Source: Polyangiales bacterium (GTDB lineage Bacteria; Myxococcota_A; Polyangia; Polyangiales; Ga0077539). From it: a DNA stretch of 64,000 nt. This document shows positions 1 to 10,371 of this stretch, piece by piece. The notes under the pieces are model-generated. The model worked only from the letters and a program-made list of their open reading frames with translations, was not told the DNA's origin and did not search any database. The position numbers and the translations under genes were made by a program. Each line of letters starts with the position of its first letter. Positions within the stretch are counted from its first letter, which is position 1. Location: positions 1 to 64,000 of the forward strand of contig JBGARZ010000015.1 of NCBI GenBank assembly GCA_044229975.1, given 5' to 3'.

Positions 1-99
1 GAGCGCGAGGGCTTCATCCGCCGACAGCCGGGTGTCGCGCGCTCGATCCAACTGCTCGTCGAGGCCGACTCGCTGCCTCTCCTCGTGCAGCCAGCGTGA
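1..99 (+). CDS. C-terminal end of a small LexA-N/MarR-like winged-helix protein (partial)
   Basis: Frame 1 reads EREGFIRRQPGVARSIQLLV...*, like the LexA-type wing motif (GxIxRxPGxARSI). Confidence 0.55.
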   Translation, partial: EREGFIRRQPGVARSIQLLVEADSLPLLVQPA

Positions 100-229
100 G
101 GTTCACTGAACCCTTCAAATCCCCTGTGGCGAGGTACTAGCACCTCGTCAATGACATCGCGCCCGGCCGCCGCGGGTTGAAAATCCACGGCAGCCAAGCG
201 CATTGGGTAGGCGTGGGTGGTCACCTGCT

Positions 230-1159
230 TCAGTAATCCCCGCGCAGCACCACGGAGTCGATCTCCTTCGCGATCATCCGCTGGAAGATCTGCGGCGCCG
301 CGTAGGAGTAGTGACAGATGCCCAGCCAGACCCAGCGCACCACGTCGCCCGCGGTGGGGTACCCCAGGTCCTGCAACACCAGCCGCAGCAGCGCCTGCCC
401 CACGTAGGCCGCGACCATCGCCGTGCCCGCGCGCGGCCCGAGGCTCGACACGGCCCCGTTGACCCTGAACCACAGCCCCAGCGCGACGTTTTCCCGCACC
501 TTCACCGCCGCGAGCAGCTTGATCGCGTCGAGGTGCGTCGGGTCGCGCCGCAGCGCCCACACGCAGTGCTCGCGGGCGCCCGCCACGTCGCCGCGACGCA
601 GCAGCACGAAGCCCTTCACACAGAGCCCCGCGCGGTGGTGGGCTTCGACCGCGAGCGCCTCGTCGACGAAGCGCGCGGCCTCGTCCAATCGGCCACGCAA
701 GAGGTGCAGGTTGGCGATGTCGACGAGCACCTCGACGTCGCTCGCGTCGAGCGCGAGCGCCTCCCGCAAGAGGTCGAACGCCGCCACCTCGTCGTCGTAG
801 AACGCCGCCACCGCCGCCAGGCCCCGCAGCGGCCCGACCGACAGCGGACCGAACTCCCGCGCCGCTTCGTAGTGGCGCTTCGCCGTCTTCAGGTCGCGCA
901 TCCCGTAGTGGATGTCGCCGAGCACGGCGTGGGTGTCGGCGTTTTCCGCGTCGCCGAGCATCGCGGCGTTGGCCTCGACGAGCGCCGCCGACAACCGATG
1001 GAGTCCGTAGAGCGCCATCGCGAGCAGCCGGTGGGCCTCGGCGTTTTCGGGGTCGTTGGTGAGCGCGCGGCGCAGCGGTTCGAGCGCCCCGCCCGGGTTG
1101 TCGGCGAGCAGCGCGCGGCGGCCGATCTCGATCTGACGCTGGGTGTCGCGGTCTTCCAT
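230..1159 (-). CDS. Tetratricopeptide-repeat protein with C-terminal membrane segments
   Basis: MEDRDTQRQ... with repeated TPR motifs (DPENAEAH, DAENADTHAVLG); start overlaps the stop of the upstream gene. Confidence 0.85.
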   Translation of the reverse strand: MEDRDTQRQIEIGRRALLADNPGGALEPLRRALTNDPENAEAHRLLAMALYGLHRLSAALVEANAAMLGDAENADTHAVLGDIHYGMRDLKTAKRHYEAAREFGPLSVGPLRGLAAVAAFYDDEVAAFDLLREALALDASDVEVLVDIANLHLLRGRLDEAARFVDEALAVEAHHRAGLCVKGFVLLRRGDVAGAREHCVWALRRDPTHLDAIKLLAAVKVRENVALGLWFRVNGAVSSLGPRAGTAMVAAYVGQALLRLVLQDLGYPTAGDVVRWVWLGICHYSYAAPQIFQRMIAKEIDSVVLRGDY

Positions 1160-1671
1160 CAGAGCACCACCCAGCCGAGCCAGATGGACAGGTCGAAGGC
1201 CCAGTCCATCACGTACGGACGAACCAGCGCCGCGACCGCCACGATGGCCAGCGCGTTGCGCCCCTTGCCGCCCGTGTACGAGAAGATCTCGAAGCTCTTC
1301 TCCTGGCTCCGGTGGATCGCGTACACGAGCCACAGCTTCACCGCGACGACCGCGATGACCGCGTAGGCGTAGGCGCGCGGCGGCAGTCCGAGAACGTGGG
1401 AGAGGGCCGCGGGACCAGGGGTTTCGAGCGCGCGGATGAGCTGCGTGGCGACGAAGGCCACGACGAGCGAGAGCAGCGGCGAGAGGGCGGCCATGCGCAC
1501 CTCGCGGCGGGTCTGGGCGCTGTTGAGCGCGTAGGCGTTGAAGACCATCCAGGGGAGGCCGATCCAGCTCCCGCCGAGCATGTGGGCGATGAGCGGGAGC
1601 CCCGGATTGACGACGTAGGGTGAGAGCCGGCTCGGCGCGGGTTCGTCGGCGATGGCGTAGACGTTCGACAT
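1159..1671 (-). CDS. Membrane protein of unknown function
   Basis: 170 aa, about 4 hydrophobic helices, translationally coupled to neighbours. Confidence 0.75.
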   Translation of the reverse strand: MSNVYAIADEPAPSRLSPYVVNPGLPLIAHMLGGSWIGLPWMVFNAYALNSAQTRREVRMAALSPLLSLVVAFVATQLIRALETPGPAALSHVLGLPPRAYAYAVIAVVAVKLWLVYAIHRSQEKSFEIFSYTGGKGRNALAIVAVAALVRPYVMDWAFDLSIWLGWVVL

Positions 1672-1674
1672 GGC

Positions 1675-3024
1675 TCAGCTCTTCCCGTGCTGCTTCAAGA
1701 AGTCGAGGACCTCGTCGTACTGCCCGGCCTCGTTGGCGTAGCGCGCGTAGTTGCGGGCCGTCGTGAGCCACTCCAACGTCGTCGGCTTCACGTCCTTCAG
1801 GGCCTTCAGCAGGTGCGCCGCGCGTAGCGGGACGTCTGATCCTGCGGTGAGCGCCTCGTCGATGGCCTCGTCGGTGGCGGTCTCGACGAGGTGTTCGAGG
1901 TCGGCGCCGGAGAAGCCCGACGAGCGCTCGGCAAAGGGGCGCAGGTCGACGCCGGGCTCCGTCGGTCGCTGCTCCAGCAGGCGACGGAGAATCGCCTCGC
2001 GCGCCTCGCGATCGGGCGGCGGAACGAAGAGCACGCGGTCGAAGCGACCCGGTCGACGAAACGCCGAGTCGACGGCCCACGGCACGTTGGTCGCGCCGAG
2101 GATGAGCACGCCGCGGTTGTCCTGCGCGAAGCCGTCCATCTCGGTGAGAAACTGGCTCACCACCTTGGCGCTGGTCGCCTCGCGCGCGTGCTGCCGCTTG
2201 CCCGCGAGGGCTTCGAGCTCGTCGAAGAAGAGCACCGACGGCGCGCTCGATCGGGCCTTCTCGAAGATGGCGTGGAGCTTTCGCTCGGACTCGCCGATGT
2301 ACATGTCGAGGATGTCGTGGATGGCGACGTTGAAGAACTGCGCCTTGCACTCGCCCGCCGTCGCGCGTGCGAGCAGGGTCTTGCCGCAGCCGGGCGGCCC
2401 GTAGAGCAGGATGCCGCCGCCGACGCGCTTCTTGTAGCGCTCGAAGAGCGCGGGCTTCTGGAAGGGCAGGATGATGCGCCGCTCGACCTGCCGCTTGAGC
2501 TCGGTGAGGCCGCCCACGTCGGCGAAGGTGACCGGCGGTCGCGGCGGATGCAGCAGGCGCTGGAGGTCGGCGTCGTCGGTGTCGTCGTTGGAGATCACCC
2601 GCATCACCGGGCGACCGGGTGCTGCCGGGGGGACGACGCGCACCGTGGCCGAGAGCAGCGCGCGCAGCTCGGGGTCTTCGAGGGTGGTGTTGGCGCCCAC
2701 CGCGGACTCGTAGGCTCGCAGCGCCTCGTCGCGGCGGCCGAGCGCGGCGAGGATGCGAGCGCGCAGCAGCTCCGTCTCGGGGTCGTCGCCGACGACGAGT
2801 ACGAGCGCGTCGGCGTGGTCGCCCGCGGCGTGGAAGACCCTGGCGGCGGCGGCGCGGTGGGCTTCGGTGCGGAGCGCGTCGGGTCCTGCCTCGCGGACGA
2901 GGCGCGCGGCCTCGGGGGCGTCACCGCGCGCGACGAGCTCGGCGGCTACGACGGAGAGCAGGTCGGCGTTGCCGGGGGAGGCCACGAGCGCGGCGCGCAA
3001 GGCGCGGAAGGTGGTGTCGTCCAT
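1675..3024 (-). CDS. AAA+ ATPase (Cdc48/SpoVK-like) with TPR-like N-terminus
   Basis: Walker A GPPGCGKT, Walker B LFFDE, SRH ATNVPW..D.AFRRPGRFD; start at MDDTTF. Confidence 0.92.
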   Translation of the reverse strand: MDDTTFRALRAALVASPGNADLLSVVAAELVARGDAPEAARLVREAGPDALRTEAHRAAAARVFHAAGDHADALVLVVGDDPETELLRARILAALGRRDEALRAYESAVGANTTLEDPELRALLSATVRVVPPAAPGRPVMRVISNDDTDDADLQRLLHPPRPPVTFADVGGLTELKRQVERRIILPFQKPALFERYKKRVGGGILLYGPPGCGKTLLARATAGECKAQFFNVAIHDILDMYIGESERKLHAIFEKARSSAPSVLFFDELEALAGKRQHAREATSAKVVSQFLTEMDGFAQDNRGVLILGATNVPWAVDSAFRRPGRFDRVLFVPPPDREAREAILRRLLEQRPTEPGVDLRPFAERSSGFSGADLEHLVETATDEAIDEALTAGSDVPLRAAHLLKALKDVKPTTLEWLTTARNYARYANEAGQYDEVLDFLKQHGKS

Positions 3025-3038
3025 TGGGGGGAGGCGGA

Positions 3039-3596
3039 TCATACCTGGGCGGAAGGCGGGGACGCGGCCCAGCGCGAGAGGCGCCACAGGCCGTAGGCGA
3101 CGCCCGCGCCGATGAGCGCGCCGGCGAGGAGGTCGGTCGGCCAGTGCACGCCGACGTAGAGGCGGCTGACCGAGATGAGGAGCGCGAAGAGGGTCGCGGG
3201 GATGCCCGCGCGGCGTCCCCAGGCGAGCCAGATGAAGGCCGCGGCGGCCACGCACGCCGTCGCGGTGCCCGACGGAAACGAGAGGCTCGCCCGCGGGGGG
3301 ACGGGGCCCAGCACATGGAGCTGCGCGGCGAGCGACGGGGACGCAGTGGGGCGGAGGCGGTGCACCAGCGGCTTGAGGACCCACTCGGAGAGGAAGAGCG
3401 CGCCGAGGAAGGCGAGCCAGCCGTCGCGGGCGGAGGCCACGTCGTGCCGGGTGCGGGTGCGGAGCGCGAGGGCGATCATGACGAGGGGGAGGACGTAGAA
3501 GCCCCACTCGTTGAGCCAGCTCACGAAGGGGTCGAGGGGGGGCGAGCGCAGGCCGTTGACCGCCAGGAGCACCGACTCTTCGATGGATCGCTGCAT
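3039..3596 (-). CDS. PAP2-family phosphatase
   Basis: K...RLRP, SFPSG and SRLYVGVHWPTD motifs. Confidence 0.9.
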   Translation of the reverse strand: MQRSIEESVLLAVNGLRSPPLDPFVSWLNEWGFYVLPLVMIALALRTRTRHDVASARDGWLAFLGALFLSEWVLKPLVHRLRPTASPSLAAQLHVLGPVPPRASLSFPSGTATACVAAAAFIWLAWGRRAGIPATLFALLISVSRLYVGVHWPTDLLAGALIGAGVAYGLWRLSRWAASPPSAQV

Positions 3597-3724
3597 GGCC
3601 GCGAGTCGTAGCCGCAAGAGACCGTCGCGCGAAGGGCCCTCCGTGACCTTCGGCCCGAAGGAAGGACCGGCGTTCGTGAGAACGGCGGTATCCGGCGCGT
3701 CGGCTTGGGTCTAGCCTCGCGCGC

Positions 3725-4450
3725 ATGAAGGCATCCCTCGCGCTTGTGGTCGTCCTCCTCCTTGGCATCGGTTGCGAGCGCAACCGGCCGGCCACCTGTG
3801 TCTCCGGCGCGAGCAGCCCGTGCACCTGCGCCACCGGCGCCACCGGCGCGCAGACCTGCCAGTCCGACGGAACCTTCGCCGCCTGTCAGTGCCTCCCGCC
3901 GCCGACGGTCGTGGTGGCGACGCCGGATGTTCCGGTCGTGGCGGCGCCGGTCGCTGTCGTGACGCCCGATGTCCCCGTGGTGGCGGCGCCTGCGCCTGTT
4001 GCGGCGGCTCCGGCGGCTGCTCCGGTGGCGCCCACCGCCGCGCGTCCGACCGCCGCGCGTCCGACCACCGCGGCGGCGCCGACGACGCCGACCATCGGGG
4101 CTCCGTCGCTCGGGCTGCCGACCGTCGCGCTCCCCGGCATGGCGCCCGCGGCTGCGGCGCCGACAGCGGCAGCGCCCACGGCGGCAGCGCCCACGACTCC
4201 GAGCATGGGCACGGCGCCCAACATGGAGCAGCTCGGTCAGCTCGGTCAGCTCGTCTCGCAGGGGGTGACGCCCCAGCAGATCCAGTCGATCACCAATGCC
4301 ATCACGAGCGCCAATCGTTCGGCGGCGCCGCAGCACCCGACGTTCTCGCCGAGCGAGCTCACGCGCCTCACCCAGATGGCCACCCAGCAGAACGCCGCGC
4401 CGAGCTCGCTACAGTCCGTCGCGCAGTCGATGCTCGGCGGCGGGAACTGA
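3725..4450 (+). CDS. Ala/Pro/Thr-rich lipoprotein with a short Cys-rich N-terminal module
   Basis: Signal peptide with lipobox LGIGC, CxxGxxxxCxC...CxxDG...CxC module, low-complexity linker. Confidence 0.75.
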   Translation: MKASLALVVVLLLGIGCERNRPATCVSGASSPCTCATGATGAQTCQSDGTFAACQCLPPPTVVVATPDVPVVAAPVAVVTPDVPVVAAPAPVAAAPAAAPVAPTAARPTAARPTTAAAPTTPTIGAPSLGLPTVALPGMAPAAAAPTAAAPTAAAPTTPSMGTAPNMEQLGQLGQLVSQGVTPQQIQSITNAITSANRSAAPQHPTFSPSELTRLTQMATQQNAAPSSLQSVAQSMLGGGN

Positions 4451-4492
4451 AGCGGGCCCACGTCGCGCTGACGCCGCGGCGTGGGTCCGTGC

Positions 4493-6151
4493 CTACGGCG
4501 TCGCGGACGGAGCCCGTAGCGCCGCGATGCGCTGACGAATCGCCGCCGCGTCGGGCGCGTTGGGGTTCTGCGCCAGGTACTGCTCCAACTGCTGCGCGAG
4601 TCGCTCGCGTCCGACCTGCGCTCCCTGTCGAATGAGCTGGTTGAGCGCCGCGGCCTGCGCCGCCGACGGCGACGGCGCAGCCGGAACGTCCGCGGTCGGC
4701 GCAGGCGTCGTGGGCGCAGGCGTCGTGGGCGCAGGCGTCGTGGGTGCAGGCGTCGTGGGTGCAGGCGTCGTGGGTGTGGTCGGCGTCGGCGTCGCGCGTG
4801 GCGGCGTCACGGGCCGCGTGGGCGTCGGCCGACGGACCGGCGCGGCGGGCGCAGGTGCAGCGGCCGTCGGTGCGACCACTGGCGTCGGTGTGGCGGGCGC
4901 AGGCGCCACCACGGGCGCCGGCGCCACCACGGGCGCCGGAGCGACGGGCTCCGGAGCCGCGGGCGTCGCGACGGTCGGAACCACCACCGGCGTCACCGCG
5001 GGAGCCGGCGACGACGAGCGCAGCGCGAAGGCCAGCGCGGTGCCGCCAAGACCGAGCACGAGCACCGCCCCGACGATCATCGGCGCGCGCGATCGCGGCT
5101 GCGGCTGCGGCTGCGGCTGCGGCTGCGGCTGCTTCACGACGGTGGGCGGCGGTGCGGCGACCATCGTCCCGGCGACCGGAGCCGCGGCCTGAAACGCAGG
5201 CATGGCGACGGTGGAGGGAACGGTCGTCGCGATCGCCGCCATGGGCTGGGTGCGAGCGGGCTTCGGCCCGAGGAGGGCGGCTTCCATCGTCTGCGCGGCG
5301 GCCGAGGCGTCTGGAAAGCGCGCGGCGCTGTCGCGTACGACGGTGCGCGCGAACCACTCGTCGAAGCCAAACGGCACCAGCGACGCGAGCCCGAACTGCG
5401 CGGCGCGCGCTGAGGCGGCGGGCAGCGGCTCGAAGAGCAGCTCGCGCATCGTGGCCTGCACCGAGGTGCCCGCGTTGACCCAGTAGTTGCGCCCCGTGAG
5501 CAGGAAGAACGCCAGCAGCCCGACCGCCCACACATCCGTCTGCGGACCGACCGGGCCGCCCGACTCGGTCTGCTCGGGCGCCATCCACAGGGGCGTCCCG
5601 ATGCCGCCCGTGGGGACCGAGTGCGACTCCTGGATCACCTTCGCGATGCCGAAGTCGAGCACCTTGACCATGTCCTCGGCGTCTTCGCGGCGGGTCTTCG
5701 CGAGGAAGATGTTCTCGGGCTTGATGTCGCGGTGGACGATGCCTGCGCGGTGGGCCGCCCCGAGCGCGTGACACACCTGCCGGAGCACCTCGTACGCCTC
5801 CGCGGGCGGGAGCGGGCCGCGGGTCGAGACGCGGTCGAAGAGGGTCTCGCCGTGGAGGAGTTCCATGGCCAGCCACGGGACGTTGGAGGCGTCGTCGACG
5901 CCCGACGCGATGACCTCCACGACGTGGTCGCTCTCGATGCGCGAGCCCGCCCGCGCCTCGTCGGCGAAGCGCCGGCGGTTGGTGGGGTCGGCCACGAACT
6001 GCGGGTGCATCAGCTTGAGCGCGCGCTCGCGGCCGGTGCTGAGCTGCTCGACGAGGTACACCGACCCCATGCCGCCTTCGGCCAGCGGGCGCACGACGCG
6101 GAAGTCATGGGCGAAGACGAAGCCCGGGGCCAGGTGCGTAAGCGTCGACAT
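4493..6151 (-). CDS. Hanks-type Ser/Thr protein kinase with TM segment and Pro/Thr-rich extracellular tail
   Basis: GGMGSVY, ALK, HRDIKPEN, DFG, GTPLWMAPE; (QP)n and (PTTPA)n tandem repeats. Confidence 0.95.
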   Translation of the reverse strand: MSTLTHLAPGFVFAHDFRVVRPLAEGGMGSVYLVEQLSTGRERALKLMHPQFVADPTNRRRFADEARAGSRIESDHVVEVIASGVDDASNVPWLAMELLHGETLFDRVSTRGPLPPAEAYEVLRQVCHALGAAHRAGIVHRDIKPENIFLAKTRREDAEDMVKVLDFGIAKVIQESHSVPTGGIGTPLWMAPEQTESGGPVGPQTDVWAVGLLAFFLLTGRNYWVNAGTSVQATMRELLFEPLPAASARAAQFGLASLVPFGFDEWFARTVVRDSAARFPDASAAAQTMEAALLGPKPARTQPMAAIATTVPSTVAMPAFQAAAPVAGTMVAAPPPTVVKQPQPQPQPQPQPRSRAPMIVGAVLVLGLGGTALAFALRSSSPAPAVTPVVVPTVATPAAPEPVAPAPVVAPAPVVAPAPATPTPVVAPTAAAPAPAAPVRRPTPTRPVTPPRATPTPTTPTTPAPTTPAPTTPAPTTPAPTTPAPTADVPAAPSPSAAQAAALNQLIRQGAQVGRERLAQQLEQYLAQNPNAPDAAAIRQRIAALRAPSATP

Positions 6152-6241
6152 CGCCGAAGAGGTGCAACGACCCGCCCGACTCCACAAGCGAACAACGCAA
6201 CTTCCGTGTCGTTGGTCGCCCTGCGAGCCCCCGACCCAAGC

Positions 6242-6922
6242 TCAGTAGGTGACCCACTTCTGGTCGATGCGCGGCCCGTCGGGGGTCGGCATCATCAGGG
6301 TGTAGTGCGCCGTTCGCCCCTCCGGCGCCGCGCCGACGCTGCCTACCGCGACCACCGTCACGCCGTCGAGCGGGCGCACGAACGGGACATGCCCGCCGCC
6401 GCAGATCACCACGTCCGCCGGGTCGTCGCCGAGCAGCGCGGTGAGCTCGTCGTCGTCGAGGTCGGCCGTCATCGCCTCGTCGGGGTCGAGCGGCGAGCCG
6501 TGCACCACGAGCCACTCGCGGCCGTCGGGCATCTCCAGCCGCAGCGCCTCGGGCAGCCGCCGCAGCTTCGCCAGGATGAGCTCGCCCAGCGCCTCGCGCG
6601 TGTCGGCGAAGCGCTGCGTCGCCGCCCGCTCTTCGTCGGTCTTCGGGTGGAGCTTCGACGGATCCATCAGCGCGAGCGCCCGATCGGTGGTGCCGCGCAC
6701 GCAGCGGGCGCTCACCTCCATCAAGCGCATCCACACCCCGAGCGGCTCGTCGCCCTGCAACAGCAGATCGCCCGCCACGAAGAGCTGCGACACGCCGTCT
6801 TCCTTCAGCGCCGCGAGCACGGCGTCGAGCGCCGCGAGGTTGCCGTGAACGTCGGCCACGAAGGCCATCGGGCCGCGAACGCCCTCCACGGTGCGGGTGT
6901 CGTCGACGGCTTTGAGGGTCAT
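6242..6922 (-). CDS. Metallophosphoesterase family protein
   Basis: DVHGN, GD, VHGSP, G.HVPF motifs; the usual GNHD is altered to GTTD. Confidence 0.85.
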   Translation of the reverse strand: MTLKAVDDTRTVEGVRGPMAFVADVHGNLAALDAVLAALKEDGVSQLFVAGDLLLQGDEPLGVWMRLMEVSARCVRGTTDRALALMDPSKLHPKTDEERAATQRFADTREALGELILAKLRRLPEALRLEMPDGREWLVVHGSPLDPDEAMTADLDDDELTALLGDDPADVVICGGGHVPFVRPLDGVTVVAVGSVGAAPEGRTAHYTLMMPTPDGPRIDQKWVTY

Positions 6923-6962
6923 GCGGTCACCCTTTACTGCCGTCGCCCGGCATACGCCAGCG

Positions 6963-8279
6963 TCAGTCGTCGTCGTCGACGGTCGGCGACTTCTGGCTCG
7001 CCCGCTGCGGGTCGCGCACGATCTCCACCTTCGTCGCGCGGCGCTTGTCCCCCTCGCGCACCACGAAGCGCAGCGAGTCCCACAGCACCACCGTCCCCAC
7101 CGACGGAACCTTCCCCGCCCGCGCCGACAAGAACCCGCCCAGCGTCGTGTAGTCGCCGTCCTCCGGGAAGCTCACCGACAGCCGCTCACCGAGCTCGCTC
7201 ACCGGAATGGTCGCCCGCGCGAGGTAGCGCCCCGGCGCCTGCTCGACGAGGTCGCTGTCGGTCTGGTCGTCGTGCTCGTCGCGGATGTCGCCGACCAGCT
7301 CTTCGAGGATGTCCTCCAGCGTCACCAATCCCAGGATGGCGCCGAACTCGTCGACCACCATCGCGAGGTGCATACGCTTCAGTTGCAGCTCGCGCAGCAC
7401 CGACGTCACCGGCTGCGTGTCCGACACCATGATCACCGGCTTGCGCGACAGCGCCTCCAGCGAGCGCTCTCCGCCCTTACCCACCGGGGTCGTCGCGACG
7501 CGGAAGAGGTCCTTGGTGACGAGCACGCCCACCACGTTGTCGATCTGCCCGTCGAAGAGCGGAACCCGCGAATGGCCCTCGTCGCTCATGCGCTCGACGG
7601 CCTTGTCGAAGGGCGTGTGGATGTCCAGCGCCACCACCTGCGTGCGCGGCACCATGATCTCCCGCGCCGTGAGCTCCTTGAGGTCGATGACGTTCTGGAG
7701 CATCTCGCTGCTCACCGCGTCGACGGCGCCCGACTGCTCGGCCGCCTCGACCACGTACTCGACCTCCTTCTCGGTCATCTCGGCGACGTGCTCCTGGCTG
7801 CGCTCGGAGAGCCACCGGCGCATCGCGCGACCCACGAGCGCCATCGGAAACGCAAACGGCGCCAGCACCCACCCGATGGGACGAACCCACCCGAGGGCCG
7901 TCGGCGCGATCTGCCGCGCGCGGTGTCTGCCCACCGCCACCGCGATCTCCGTGAGCAGCCCGTACACCGTGGCGACGCCCAGCACGCGGAGCACGAGCTC
8001 CCACCACGGCGGCGCGTGTTGCAGCGCCGCGGAGACCGTCAGCGCCGTCGCCAGGATGGGGCAGATCACGCGCCCCGCGAGCAGCCGCGAGAGCACGTCC
8101 ACCGGGTCGGCGAGGTAGGTCTCCAGGCGCTTGCCGCGGGGCCCCAGCTCGTCGCGAAGCGCGCGCATGCGCGCGTCGGGCAGCGCCACCAGCGACGACT
8201 CGATGCACACCAGCACCGCACCCAACCCGAGGAACAACGCCGCGCCCAAAAACGCCGCACCCTCTGGACTACCGCTCAC
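6963..8279 (-). CDS. HlyC/CorC (hemolysin-family) CBS-domain protein
   Basis: N-terminal TM (DUF21-like), REIMVPR, HSRVP, VVDEFG..GLVTLEDILEELVGDI, TLGGF CorC domain. Confidence 0.93.
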   Translation of the reverse strand: MSGSPEGAAFLGAALFLGLGAVLVCIESSLVALPDARMRALRDELGPRGKRLETYLADPVDVLSRLLAGRVICPILATALTVSAALQHAPPWWELVLRVLGVATVYGLLTEIAVAVGRHRARQIAPTALGWVRPIGWVLAPFAFPMALVGRAMRRWLSERSQEHVAEMTEKEVEYVVEAAEQSGAVDAVSSEMLQNVIDLKELTAREIMVPRTQVVALDIHTPFDKAVERMSDEGHSRVPLFDGQIDNVVGVLVTKDLFRVATTPVGKGGERSLEALSRKPVIMVSDTQPVTSVLRELQLKRMHLAMVVDEFGAILGLVTLEDILEELVGDIRDEHDDQTDSDLVEQAPGRYLARATIPVSELGERLSVSFPEDGDYTTLGGFLSARAGKVPSVGTVVLWDSLRFVVREGDKRRATKVEIVRDPQRASQKSPTVDDDD

Positions 8280-8480
8280 CGCTGCCGCCTTCGCTGTCTC
8301 ATCGCCTGCGGGTGTTTTCAGATGAAACGAGTTTCACCTCCCGAGGCGACGCCGACGCTAACACCGTCACCCTTCACGACGCCATGCCGTGACCTCAACC
8401 CCCGCGGGACGTTCTATGTCCATCGCTTCGCGGGCGTGTTGACCGTGCGGGGAGCGCGGCCTACTCCCCTCGGAGCGGCG

Positions 8481-10190
8481 ATGCTGGTGACACTGCAGGT
8501 TCGTGATCTGGCGATCATCGACGAGGTCGAGGTCTCTTTCGGGGGTGGTCTCAACGTGGTGACGGGCGAGACCGGCGCCGGGAAGAGCATCCTCATCGAC
8601 GCGCTCTCCCTCGTGCTGGGGGCGCGCGCCTCGGCGGGTGACGTCGTCCGCACCGGGGCCACGCAGGCGGAGGTGACGGCGGTGTTCGCGGTGGGGGGCG
8701 ACGACCCGCGGCGCGCGCGCTTCGAGGAGGCGGGCCTCGCGTGGGACGAGGAGCTCGTCGTGCGCCGCGTGGTCGGCAACGAGCGCACGGGCGGTCGGTC
8801 GAAGGCGTACCTCAACGGGCGCATGGTCTCGCTGGCGCAGCTCGTGTCGCTCACGGCGGGCCTCGCGGACATCACCTCGCAGCACGACCAGCAGACGCTC
8901 ACCGACCCGCTCACGCACCTGCAACTGCTCGACGCCTCGGCCTCGCTGGAGGGCTCGCGCGGTCGCATGGCGAAGGCGCACGCGGCGATGGCCGACGCCA
9001 CGCGCTCGCTCGAAGGCGTCCTGCGAACACTGCGCGATCGCAGCGACCGGGAAGACCTGTTGAAGTTTCAGGCGAAGGAGATCGACGCGCTGGCGTTGAA
9101 GCCGGGCGTGGAGGAGCAGTGGGCGGCCGAGCGCGAGCGGCTGCGACACGCCTCGAAGCTGGCCGACGGCACGACGCTGGCGGAGGAGACGCTGTACTCG
9201 CGCGACGGCGCGGTGCTCGACGAGCTCGGCGTGGTGTCCGACGCGCTGACGAAGCTGGTGGGCGTCGACGCGGCGCTCGCGGGCCCGTTGGAGCTGGTCA
9301 ACCAGGCACGAACGCTGGTGCAGGAAGCGGCGCGGGAGCTGGGTCGGTACGGCCGCGGGGTGCGGGCTGATCCCGAGCGGCTGGGCGAGGTCGAGGAGCT
9401 GATGCAGACGCTCTCGCGGCTCAAGCGCAAGTACGGCGGATCGGTGGAGGAGGTGCTGGCGTTTCGCGCGAAGGTGGCGAGCGACCTCGCGACGCTGGAG
9501 CAGGGGGAGGGGAAGATCACCGAGCTCGAAGCGGCGGTGGAGACAGCGCGGCAGAGGGCGCAGTCCGAGGCGCGGGCGCTGAGCGATGCGCGGCGGGCGG
9601 CGGCGGGGAAGCTGGGAGCGGCCATCAGCGCGGAGCTGGAGACGCTCGGCATGGGCGGCGCGCGGGTGGTGGTGGACGTGGCGCACGCGTCACCGGGCGG
9701 CGCCGAGCTGATCGTGGACGGCGCGCGACTGACGCCGACGGGCATGGACCGGGTGGAGTTTCTCATCGCGCCCAACCGCGGAGAGGAGCCGCGGCCGCTG
9801 CGGAAGGTGGCGAGTGGTGGTGAGCTGTCGCGGGCGCTGCTGGCGATCAAGCGGGTGCTCACGGACGTGGGGCCGAAGACGTTCTACGTGTTCGATGAGG
9901 TCGACGCGGGCGTGGGCGGTGCGGTGGCCGAGGTGATCGGGCAGAAGATCAAGCAGGTGGCGGGGCGTCACCAGGTGCTGTGCATCACGCATCTGCCGCA
10001 GATCGCGGTGTACGGCGACAAGCACTTCGTCGTGAGCAAGCAGGTCGTGGGTGACCGAACGATGTCGACGGTGCGCGCGCTGGGCGAGACCGAGCGGATG
10101 GAAGAGGTCGCGCGGATGCTGGGTGGCATCCGGGTGACCGATCGCACGCGCGAGGCGGCGGCCGAGATGCTGCGCTCGGCGGTGGGGTAG
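8481..10190 (+). CDS. recN: DNA repair protein RecN
   Basis: MLVTLQVRDLAII, TGETGAGKS, ASGGELSR, FDEVDAGVGG, QVLCITHLPQIA. Confidence 0.97.
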   Translation: MLVTLQVRDLAIIDEVEVSFGGGLNVVTGETGAGKSILIDALSLVLGARASAGDVVRTGATQAEVTAVFAVGGDDPRRARFEEAGLAWDEELVVRRVVGNERTGGRSKAYLNGRMVSLAQLVSLTAGLADITSQHDQQTLTDPLTHLQLLDASASLEGSRGRMAKAHAAMADATRSLEGVLRTLRDRSDREDLLKFQAKEIDALALKPGVEEQWAAERERLRHASKLADGTTLAEETLYSRDGAVLDELGVVSDALTKLVGVDAALAGPLELVNQARTLVQEAARELGRYGRGVRADPERLGEVEELMQTLSRLKRKYGGSVEEVLAFRAKVASDLATLEQGEGKITELEAAVETARQRAQSEARALSDARRAAAGKLGAAISAELETLGMGGARVVVDVAHASPGGAELIVDGARLTPTGMDRVEFLIAPNRGEEPRPLRKVASGGELSRALLAIKRVLTDVGPKTFYVFDEVDAGVGGAVAEVIGQKIKQVAGRHQVLCITHLPQIAVYGDKHFVVSKQVVGDRTMSTVRALGETERMEEVARMLGGIRVTDRTREAAAEMLRSAVG

Positions 10191-10371
10191 GAGCTTTCGA
10201 CGAGGGCACCCCCGGGCTCCCTATCAGCCGCCGAACTTCGCGACCGACCCCACCGCGACCTGCCCCTGACCGTCCCGCGTTGACACCGATGGTCCGCGCG
10301 CGCGACCCCTCCCAGGGTTCGCCCGTGGCGCCTCCGTGCGCTCCACCCATCGGGCGATGGAGGCCAAACCC

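Noticed and set aside
4701..5132. Tandem repeats in the kinase gene as a special element
   Set aside because: In-frame low-complexity linkers (PTTPA, QP), common in such kinases.
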